From the NCBI GenBank assembly GCA_021774995.1, contig JAJFIM010000109.1, positions 1-35,111 of the forward strand: a DNA stretch of 35,111 bases, written 5' to 3'. How positions within the stretch are numbered: position 1 is the stretch's first letter; every line of letters starts with the position of its first letter. The translations under genes were made by a program, and so were the position numbers. Below are positions 9,349 through 17,118 of the stretch, one piece after another. The stretch comes from Alphaproteobacteria bacterium (GTDB lineage: Bacteria > Pseudomonadota > Alphaproteobacteria > SMXP01). The notes under the pieces are model-generated. The model saw only the letters and a list, made by a program, of their open reading frames with translations, searched no databases and was not told where the DNA came from.

Positions 9349-10119
9349 ATGAAAATACTCACCTACAGCGATGTGCATCTGGAATTCGGGCACAACTGGC
9401 ATCCACCGACTGATATTGACGGCGATGTCATGTTACTGGCCGGAGATATTGTCAGCTTTAAACATTATAACCCGCTTAAATTCCTGCTGAAGTTCTGGAA
9501 CAAGCCGGTGATCTACATTTCCGGCAATCACGAATATTATGACACCAATATGGACGTGGCCGAAAGAGTGGCTCTGGAATGGATCAGCCGGAAATTGCCA
9601 AATGTTCATTATCTGAAAAACAGCGCCATTAAAATTGACGGTGTTCATTTTTATGGCGGCACGATGTGGACGGATTTTGATGGCGGTAATTATCAGGCTA
9701 TGCGTTATGCGCAGGAATACATGAATGATTACTGGGTTATCCGCACCGATAAAGCGCAAAAACTAACGCCGGAAGATACACTCAAATTCCATGAGAAATA
9801 TGTTGAGAACCTGATTAAATGGTTTGAGGCTGATCTATCAGGGCCAAGGATTGTGTTATCACATCATGCGCCGATACCGGGGCCGACAGGATTAAACCGT
9901 CATGGGAACAGAGAGATTGAGCCCGCATACACATCCCGTGATATGATCAAAATCATCGATAAATATCAACCCGATCTTTGGGTGTACGGCCACACGCACC
10001 AACCCAATGATCAGACCTTTGGCAAAACCAGGATTATTTCCAACCCGCGCGGTTATGCCTTCAGGCACGAGTTGTGCGAAGGTTTCGACCCTTACGGCAA
10101 GCCGGTGGAGGTAAAATGA
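9349..10119 (+). CDS. Calcineurin-like metallophosphoesterase (intact)
   Basis: SDVHLE, LAGDI, GNHEYY, SHH and GHTH motifs; ATG at 9349 with AAGGGA RBS. Confidence 0.92.
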   Translation: MKILTYSDVHLEFGHNWHPPTDIDGDVMLLAGDIVSFKHYNPLKFLLKFWNKPVIYISGNHEYYDTNMDVAERVALEWISRKLPNVHYLKNSAIKIDGVHFYGGTMWTDFDGGNYQAMRYAQEYMNDYWVIRTDKAQKLTPEDTLKFHEKYVENLIKWFEADLSGPRIVLSHHAPIPGPTGLNRHGNREIEPAYTSRDMIKIIDKYQPDLWVYGHTHQPNDQTFGKTRIISNPRGYAFRHELCEGFDPYGKPVEVK

Positions 10120-10322
10120 GCGAGAACGACAATCAGAAAACAAAACATATCCGGTTCAAAACCTATTGGATTATCCAGCGCGCCGTTGAAGAAGGCATAG
10201 CTTACGGCTTAAATCGGGCGCACAAACATACGGATAATCCCGATAATAATCATATCGCCCTGGAAATTGAACAGGCAGTAATGTCTGCGCTGGATGAGAT
10301 CATCGATTTTGAGAGAAGCTGA
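10116..10322 (+). CDS. 68-aa hypothetical (phage-type) protein coupled to the phosphoesterase
   Basis: ATGA overlap, GGAGGT RBS; RAVEEGIAYGLNRAHKHTDNP motif recalled from small phage proteins. Confidence 0.7.
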   Translation: MSENDNQKTKHIRFKTYWIIQRAVEEGIAYGLNRAHKHTDNPDNNHIALEIEQAVMSALDEIIDFERS

Positions 10323-10336
10323 GGCTATTTCTACAG

Positions 10337-10687
10337 TTAAGATGTGGTGCCGTTCAGTTTATCTTCCAGCGCATTCAGGAGATCTTTGTGTTTGTCGGGA
10401 TTCTGCCGGATCAGTTTTTGAATATTTTGCAGTTTCCACCGGATGGCAGGCATGTCTTTCAAGCCAGGGACCGGGAACAAATCCCAGTCCGGTTCCCCCT
10501 TTTTGAAACTGATCAAAAAACGCTTATCGTCATCATTAAGCGCTGAATGGATCTTGGCAATCAGCTCTTCCCGCGTGGCTTCGAATTGTTCATAAGTAAA
10601 GGGATCTGCTGTCATACCCGCGAATTTATGCTGGAATGCAGATCTCTGATCCAGAAAATTTGGATAGATCAATTCATTAATCGGCCT
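10337..10687 (-). pseudogene. abiEii: C-terminal fragment of an AbiEii-type nucleotidyltransferase
   Basis: RPINELIYP...FAGMT...KRFLISFKKGEPDW...PAIRWKLQNI. Confidence 0.82.
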
Positions 10688-10973
10688 TCCGCCACCTAGA
10701 GCCGCCCGCTCCATAAGTGAAGATAATCATAGTTTTGATATTATTCATTCACCAATTAAAAATAATCAAGCACACTGTGATATAGAACTTACTTTTCCAG
10801 ACACAAAGCCACAAAAAGCGCAAAGAAATTTGATAATTCAAAAACTTGCCGAAGGGTTCTCAGAAATTTTAACGCCTGTACAGGCTTGATTATCCTCAAT
10901 AATATAACTGGATGTTTTCCTTTTTTCACGCCTTCATGCTGATGATGCAATCATCACAAAAGCAAGGTTTGAT

Positions 10974-11240
10974 ATGACCAGTCCCAATCTCTCCGCCGAT
11001 ATTGCCGAAATGCTGCTGGCCAAGGGCTATACCGAGGCGCCCAGCGATAATAAACAGTGGCGCATTTTCTTTCAGCCTGCGAGCATGGACACGCGCTGGT
11101 TCGTGCATGAGGGCGGGAAAGTCCGGCGTGGCAAAAGCGTTCATAATTCCACCGCGATCACGCAGGAAGCCCGCCGCATGCTGGGGCGCTACTGGCTGGA
11201 AAAACGCGGCGGCAACCTCTGCAACAGATGGCCGGGATGA
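10974..11240 (+). CDS. 88-aa hypothetical lying inside the broken abiEii on the opposite strand
   Basis: AAGGT RBS, plausible composition; 3' end coincides with the abiEii breakpoint. Confidence 0.5.
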   Translation: MTSPNLSADIAEMLLAKGYTEAPSDNKQWRIFFQPASMDTRWFVHEGGKVRRGKSVHNSTAITQEARRMLGRYWLEKRGGNLCNRWPG

Positions 11241-11543
11241 ACTGCATAATAACTTTGCTTCTGTGCCGTCAGTTTGTTCAAGGATTTGCGTATTGACTTC
11301 GGGCGCTGCTTTTCCCAGACGCTCCTTAATCCGGCGCAAGCCTGCAGCGATATTTTCCAGTCCCGTTTTTCTATCATCCAAAGGCAGATATGTAAGGTCT
11401 ATATCAACCGACAGGCGCGGCATATCTCGAATAAAAAGGTTAATCGCTGTGCCGCCCTTTAGCGCGAAAACTTCTTCCTCCGCCACATGCGGCAAAATTC
11501 GGAGAAGCAGGTCAACCTGTGCACGGTAGCGGGGATCAATCAT
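11237..11543 (-). pseudogene. abiEii: N-terminal fragment (~102 aa) of AbiEii toxin
   Basis: FALKGGTAINLF.RDMPRLSVDIDL; family resemblance stops at AKLLCSS. Confidence 0.9.
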
Positions 11544-12307
11544 ACGTTTGCCAGCTCCTCTGGTATGCTGATTTTGAATTTTGAGACATAAACACCGCCT
11601 TTAACGATAGCGCGGTCGCCAGTTCCCAGATCAAATCGGTCTGTATCAAGGAATGTCCGCCATTGATGCCCTGCTTTATCCGCCATATACAGGAACAAGC
11701 GCTTCACCTTCACTGACTTGCATGATTCCAGCAATTCCTGCAACAGCTTCGGACGTAAATTGGCAAGTCCTTCCATCAGTTGATAGCATTCCACCAGATC
11801 CATTCGTTCTGGCGCAAGATACAGGCATTCCAGTATTGCCCGTTCGGATGATGAAATACGGATAGTAAAATTTTGTTCCTGATGTTCGCTCAGCCCTATG
11901 TCTTCTGGCAAAAAGGAGGTTCGGATATATTCTAAGGGCGCACCCCATTCGTAATCAGAAAACCATTTCGGCAATGTTCGGCCAGTGCCAGAAAACAAAA
12001 AGATCGTCTCACCACCAAGCCGCACATAGCGGGCCGTACCTTGCCGCGACAGAGCCGTCAGCGCTCCTGCGTGAACCGGAAAGGCCAATTGCTCCTGCAG
12101 CGCACACAGCGCGCCTGGCCAGGCCACAGAATCATGCGGCCTTTTATAAGCGCCTGCACCCAACGAAGACAACCAGCCGCTCTTCCGGTATCTTTTCTGC
12201 AGATCGCGCGATATGCCATGCTGCTCCAGCCATCCGGCAAGAAAAGGAACACCGGATTTATGAGCCTCCAGCATATACTTTAATTTATCTTCTTTTTTGG
12301 TACTCAT
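11540..12307 (-). CDS. abiEi: Type IV TA antitoxin AbiEi (AbiEi_3 type), intact
   Basis: WLEQHGIS...SGWL..LGAGAY...SSSERAILECL...LRPKLLQELLESCKSVKVKRLFLY; ATGA overlap with abiEii. Confidence 0.9.
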   Translation of the reverse strand: MSTKKEDKLKYMLEAHKSGVPFLAGWLEQHGISRDLQKRYRKSGWLSSLGAGAYKRPHDSVAWPGALCALQEQLAFPVHAGALTALSRQGTARYVRLGGETIFLFSGTGRTLPKWFSDYEWGAPLEYIRTSFLPEDIGLSEHQEQNFTIRISSSERAILECLYLAPERMDLVECYQLMEGLANLRPKLLQELLESCKSVKVKRLFLYMADKAGHQWRTFLDTDRFDLGTGDRAIVKGGVYVSKFKISIPEELANV

Positions 12308-12577
12308 AGTACCTATAATACAGTTTTTTTAATGAAAAGCCAGTTAAATAATCTGCTTCCAAAAACCTGAAGGTCGCATATTTCCGGCACCTAACGCATT
12401 GATTTTGCATGCGTGAATTATTCATAAAGTACAATAGGGTATTATTCCTAAGTCAATTTTCGCTTGTTTTCGAAGGGGTTGTCAGGAATTTGCTTCCGGA
12501 TTGCTTCCAAATCCGATGTAGGGTATCGATCTGCATCGCATCGAAATGACGGTTAAGTCATTGAAATATAAAGGAAA

Positions 12578-12627
12578 AAATTGGTTGCGGGAGTAGGATT
12601 TGAACCTACGACCTTCAGGTTATGAGC
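12578..12627 (-). repeat. 50-bp exact duplication of the tRNA-fMet 3' half (att site)
   Basis: Identical to 14602-14651; identity ends just past the anticodon loop; IHF-consensus sites at 12392-12404 and 12644-12656. Confidence 0.95.
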
Positions 12628-12970
12628 TTAAAAGGCCATATGCTAACCTATTGATTTTAAATGTAAAAATTGCCATTGACATATTAATGTGCGAACGCGT
12701 GTGCGACTGATTCGGCCTATTTTACAAGCCATTCCAAGCACTTGCTTGCTGAGCAACGATTTTCGAGTTTTTACTCAGAATTACGCTCTTCAGGTTTTTG
12801 ACTCGAAGGTCGCAGAGACGCCTAAAAACCTATGCGAATTCGAGTATATTTATACCACTTTATAAGAAAACCAATACTTTACAACAATGCAGTTTGTACG
12901 AATTTTTGTGCGAGAAATAAAACATTCCCGTTCGGGAATATTTCCCTCTAAATGCTATTCAAACGTGACT

Positions 12971-13228
12971 TCACGGCTCGCATAATAGTGCATCCGCTAA
13001 CATTGTTTGTTTTGTTCTTTCATTTATTCGGAGTTCTAAATCTAAGGCAGACAGAACAGCCAAAATCGTTTCCAGCTTTGCCGCCGGATTTCCATTTTCG
13101 ATGAGAGATATGGTTTCTTGGCGCAGCCCCGCCTTTTCACCCAATTCGGATTGGCTCATGCCGCGCTTTTTACGGGCGCGGCGAATAGTGTTTCCAAGTT
13201 GTTCAGGGCTACGTGCTAATTCAGACAT
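12971..13228 (-). CDS. HipB-like XRE antitoxin, orphan (no hipA downstream)
   Basis: ARSPEQLGNTIRRARKKRGMSQSELG...QETISLIENGNP; AAGGAG RBS supports a start at 13228. Confidence 0.85.
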   Translation of the reverse strand: MSELARSPEQLGNTIRRARKKRGMSQSELGEKAGLRQETISLIENGNPAAKLETILAVLSALDLELRINERTKQTMLADALLCEP

Positions 13229-13249
13229 AATCGACTCCTTCGACATCAT

Positions 13250-13348
13250 TATGCGCCAAATCGCATAAAACGTCAATATCGGAATTAACACATAAAATGG
13301 AATTATGCGCCAAATCGCATAAAATTAAATTATCGGATTTGACGCATA
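13250..13348. promoter_or_regulatory. Four 18-bp HipB-type operators at an exact 27-bp period
   Basis: TATGCGCCAAATCGCATA (13250, 13304), TATCGGAATTAACACATA (13277), TATCGGATTTGACGCATA (13331); same 5-N8-5 geometry as E. coli TATCC-N8-GGATA. Confidence 0.85.
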
Positions 13349-13375
13349 AGAAATATTGGCGGCTAAAATCAAAAA

Positions 13376-13545
13376 CTAAAGTTTAAGCGTACTCATTAGC
13401 GTTTCAATTTTCTGCAAAAGCTCATCAAAAGTCACTATTTCAACATTTTTCTGATTGTTTCTGAGCAGTTCAAAACATTCCTTTTGTTCATCTGACAAGC
13501 TAGATTTACGCCCCGCAATCAATATTACTTTGGGATCAAGGCTTG
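13376..13545 (-). pseudogene. C-terminal fragment of a Shedu (SduA/DUF4263)-like nuclease
   Basis: PKVILIAGR...FELLRNNQKNVEIVTFDELL. Confidence 0.75.
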
Positions 13546-13574
13546 GATATAGTGGAACTAAAACGGCCTGGCAT

Positions 13575-13767
13575 ACCCATCCACATGCCTTTACGTTTGG
13601 AAGCCGCCAATTTATCGCGGATGCGCTCCCCAATGACCTCACGCTCAAATTGGGCAAAGCTCAGCAGGATATTTAGCGTCAAGGCTGTTAAATTCTTGAT
13701 CTAGACCTTCCTCTGTAGATTTACGGGTGTAAATGGCGCAGCGGATATTGCTTTTTTCTTTGCTCAT
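13575..13767 (-). pseudogene. Large serine recombinase remnant (internal deletion plus truncation)
   Basis: [31 protein letters not shown] joined out of frame to [36 protein letters not shown]. Confidence 0.9.
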
Positions 13768-14201
13768 GATATCCGCTCCTTACGAGAGGTCAGGCCAAAA
13801 AAGGCATTCCCGCTCCAGCGCGTGCCTGTAATCAATGTAGCAATCGCGCTCAGGCTTTTATAATGGTCACCCTGATATTCAAAGCCTTTGCTGAGCACTG
13901 TGACATAATGATCTGTGCCACCATGTTCCCGCATCAGGCGCGTACCAGCGACAGGGCGGAAGGCTTTGACGCGGCGTTTGATTTTTTTGCCTTTAATCAG
14001 GTCACGGAGCATATTATGGGTATCAGTCGATAGTCCGCCAAATTCCAGCTCTTGCATACGGTAGGCCAGCTTATTGACCAGTGTGGCTTTGTTAAATAAA
14101 GGGGCAGATTCATCAAAATAGCTCTCCCACAAATCTTTTAAATAGGGCATGGACTGATTAGCAAGCCCGGCTATTTCTTTTTCTAATTCACTGTTATACA
14201 T
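13764..14201 (-). CDS. DUF2924 domain protein
   Basis: LAYRMQE..FGGLS...GTRLMREHGG..HYVTV...YKSLSAIA..ITGTRWSGNAFFGL; usual position upstream of a serine recombinase. Confidence 0.92.
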   Translation of the reverse strand: MYNSELEKEIAGLANQSMPYLKDLWESYFDESAPLFNKATLVNKLAYRMQELEFGGLSTDTHNMLRDLIKGKKIKRRVKAFRPVAGTRLMREHGGTDHYVTVLSKGFEYQGDHYKSLSAIATLITGTRWSGNAFFGLTSRKERIS

Positions 14202-14555
14202 CGATTTTTCTCCGTATTCGTCTTACACACATGAATGCTTCACCGGGGCAGTAAGTCCAGCTAAAGCTCTCTCTTTCTTCTGGTATGTGAATGGCTTTAA
14301 AAACGACGACGAGAATTCAAACTTTTTCAAAGAAAACCGCATAGCAAACGATACAAACGGAATCTTCTGGTTGGGAATATGTGGGTTTTGTTCAAAATCA
14401 ATGCGTTACAACCTGAATACTTTTTGCGAAAGAGTCTTCAGCTTTTGAGAGAATGGGCACAATTTCGCCTTTGAACAGAGGAAATGGGGGAGAGATAGTA
14501 TTGAGCCTGTGAACAGCTCTACCTCGAAAACCCCGCAAAGACTGGGCTTTCGGGC

Positions 14556-14591
14556 AAAGAAAAACCGCCCAACATTGCTGTTAGAGCGGTT
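14556..14591 (-). terminator. Probable intrinsic terminator after tRNA-fMet
   Basis: Minus strand AACCGCTCTAACA-GCAA-TGTTGGGCGGTT followed by TTTCTTT. Confidence 0.6.
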
Positions 14592-14605
14592 CGTAATTAG
14601 TAAAT

Positions 14606-14682
<77 letters not shown>

Positions 14683-14775
14683 TCACCGAGAGATCTAGGG
14701 TTATAAACAACCCGCCTCTATTAATCAAGCAGCTTCTTTTTCCCGCTTCTTTTGCGATACCTCAGGCGCAGTGGT

Positions 14776-15570
14776 CTAATTCCCGAACAGATTTTTAATA
14801 CCGTTGGTTAAGGAGTCACCAAATCCTTCGCCTGTTTGTTTTGTAAAAGAACGGCCCAGATCAAGTTGTGCGCCTATTTCCGCCAGCGCTTCTTGTGACA
14901 TGCCCTGTAAAAGCCCGCCGGATCCGGCCGATTTCATCGCTATTTTCACAAACTGATCTGTAATGTCGGAAACGGCTTGCGCCGGTGCGATCCCTCCCTC
15001 TTTTTGACCAAGATTCTGCATATGAATATTGGGAAGGGCTATGGCGGCCATTTCCTGATCCAGCAGCGTGATAAGCGGTTTCATTGTCGCATCATCAATA
15101 TGTAGATTGTTAATGATGACTTTTGTAGCGGATGTGGCTGGATCTTTCGCCGGTTTATCGGCTTGTTTTTTGCTGCTCATCGCATTGTCGCGTAATGCCG
15201 TCAGGTTTGTCCCCTGTGCGCCAACCTCCAGATTTAAGGTCGTACCTGTCACAATAATTTTGTCAAAAACAAGTTTTTCACGAGAAAGACTGTTTGCTGT
15301 TACAGAAATGTTCTCAACCGTTAAAGCATGGGGGGCGCTAAATCCTGCTGGATTACCGACATGAAGACCTGTTAATTCGACCGTTAACTCAGCAAGTGAA
15401 ATATCCAATGTATCAATTGTAACCTTTACATCCAAAGCCTTGCTGGCTACTTTTTCAATGGCTGTTTTTGCTACGGACCCCATATTCAAATACAGGGCTA
15501 CGGCTCCGATTAACAAAAGCGCTATAATGCCGCCGATAACAGGCATTTTATTTTTTTTCTTCTCGCTCAT
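14776..15570 (-). CDS. AsmA/DUF748-like membrane-anchored protein
   Basis: N-terminal TM anchor; GLHVGNPAGFS, GTNL and LGQKEGG motifs; beta-rich body. Confidence 0.65.
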   Translation of the reverse strand: MSEKKKNKMPVIGGIIALLLIGAVALYLNMGSVAKTAIEKVASKALDVKVTIDTLDISLAELTVELTGLHVGNPAGFSAPHALTVENISVTANSLSREKLVFDKIIVTGTTLNLEVGAQGTNLTALRDNAMSSKKQADKPAKDPATSATKVIINNLHIDDATMKPLITLLDQEMAAIALPNIHMQNLGQKEGGIAPAQAVSDITDQFVKIAMKSAGSGGLLQGMSQEALAEIGAQLDLGRSFTKQTGEGFGDSLTNGIKNLFGN

Positions 15571-15681
15571 CTGATGTTTTCCTTTGAGGGTAAAATTTTA
15601 CTTATGCTGCCTAACTTTCTGGACTCAATCAAGTGAAAGCTTTTATGTAACTGTTTTTCTCAACAATACGAATTTAAGACT

Positions 15682-17118
15682 ATGGATAAAATAAAAAAAT
15701 ATATGCCTCTCGCTGTTCTGATCCTGTTGATCGCCGGAGCCTATGCTAGCGGTTTACATGAAATGTTGAACCTTGAGACATTACAGGCTCATAAAGGGCA
15801 ATTGAAAGCCTATGTGACAGAGAAACCCGTTATGACCGCGATGGGTTTTACGGCGGCCTATCTTGTGGCGGTGGCCTTGTCTTTGCCCGTGGCAACGTTA
15901 TTAACGCTTTTGGGCGGGTTCTTGTTTGGTAAATGGTTGGGCACGTTGTTTGTGGTGTTGGGCGCGACCCTTGGGGCAAGCATTATCTTTCTGATCGCCA
16001 AAAGCTCTTTGGGAACGGTTTTGCGTGAGAAGGCCGGGCCGTTATATAAGAAAGCCGCCAAAAATATGGAGGAGAATGCCTGGGGTTATCTCTTTTTTAT
16101 GCGCCTTGTCCCCGTGTTTCCTTTTGTTTTGGTCAATATTGTTCCGGCCCTGTTTAACGTGCCTCTGCGTATGTATTTTATAACGACCTTTTTTGGCGTG
16201 ATGCCCGGCACATTCGTTTTCGTCAATGTCGGCGAAACACTGGGGGAGATTGAGTCTCTGAATGATCTGGTGTCGCTGAAAACTTTATTTGCCGTGGCGC
16301 TGTTTGGCGTTTTTGCGTTGATCCCGGTTATTTATAAACAGGTGAAAGCCCGTAAAGCCACGGTTGAAATGGTACTTTTTGCACTTGCTTTGGGTGTGGC
16401 AACACCGGCGCAAGCCTCGGATTATAATCGTTTTCTGACATTGTATGACGGCCTGTTGCAAGATTATGTTCATCAGGCAGACTTCCGAACCTTTTCGTAT
16501 AATGCCGTGGATTATGAGGGCTGGGCGCAGGATCCCCGGTACAAACAGGCCCGGGCAGCGATTATAAAATCCGTGCCACAAGACGGAGAGACTCGTGATG
16601 AGGAAATGGCATTTTGGATCAATACCTATAACTTTCTGACGATTGATTTGATAGTCAGTCACAACGAAAATGAGAGCATTAAAAATCTGGGTAGTTTTTT
16701 TCACTCTCCCTGGGAAAAAGCAGAGTGGGTAATCGGCGACAGGTCTTTAACATTGGATGACATAGAGCACGATATTCTGCGACCCATGGGGGAGGCACGT
16801 GTTCATTTTGCCATTAATTGCGCTTCCTTGTCTTGTCCGGATTTACGCCCGGAATCTTACCGTGCCGAACGGTTGGATGAACAGCTTGAAAATCAGGCCC
16901 GGCTTACATTGAAGAATCATGGTAAAGGCTTTTACTACGACAACGAAAATGATACAGCTTACGTCACAAAGATACTGGACTGGTTTGGCGATGATTTTGG
17001 TGATCTTTACACATGGCTGCAAGACTACAAGCCCGGTGTTATGAATTCGGAAACGACAATTCGCTTTCTTCCCTATGATTGGTCCCTCAACAAGAAAAGG
17101 ACGGAAATTCGTTCATGA
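15682..17118 (+). CDS. TVP38/TMEM64 (VTT/DedA) domain fused to DUF547
   Basis: N-half SLPVATLLTLLGGFLFG...MRLVPVFPF; C-half AFWINTYN...LTLDDIEHDILR...RVHFAINCASLSCPDL...YDWSLN. Confidence 0.88.
   Translation: MDKIKKYMPLAVLILLIAGAYASGLHEMLNLETLQAHKGQLKAYVTEKPVMTAMGFTAAYLVAVALSLPVATLLTLLGGFLFGKWLGTLFVVLGATLGASIIFLIAKSSLGTVLREKAGPLYKKAAKNMEENAWGYLFFMRLVPVFPFVLVNIVPALFNVPLRMYFITTFFGVMPGTFVFVNVGETLGEIESLNDLVSLKTLFAVALFGVFALIPVIYKQVKARKATVEMVLFALALGVATPAQASDYNRFLTLYDGLLQDYVHQADFRTFSYNAVDYEGWAQDPRYKQARAAIIKSVPQDGETRDEEMAFWINTYNFLTIDLIVSHNENESIKNLGSFFHSPWEKAEWVIGDRSLTLDDIEHDILRPMGEARVHFAINCASLSCPDLRPESYRAERLDEQLENQARLTLKNHGKGFYYDNENDTAYVTKILDWFGDDFGDLYTWLQDYKPGVMNSETTIRFLPYDWSLNKKRTEIRS

Larger units (their letters stand above)
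3030..14605. mobile_element. Degraded tandem array of integrative elements at tRNA-fMet (defence/TA graveyard); left boundary approximate
   Basis: Two displaced tRNA 3' copies, integrase and recombinase remnants, TA/RM/Shedu fragments, IHF-consensus sites. Confidence 0.8.

Noticed and set aside
10926-11543. Intact 205-aa AbiEii toxin
   Set aside because: Only the first ~102 aa are AbiEii-like; the rest is antisense of the 88-aa ORF.
12578-12627. Second tRNA-Met gene
   Set aside because: Lacks the 5' half (acceptor 5' strand and D arm); it is an att duplication.
13376-13657. 93-aa ORF as a real gene
   Set aside because: Chimera of out-of-frame recombinase sequence and a Shedu-like tail.
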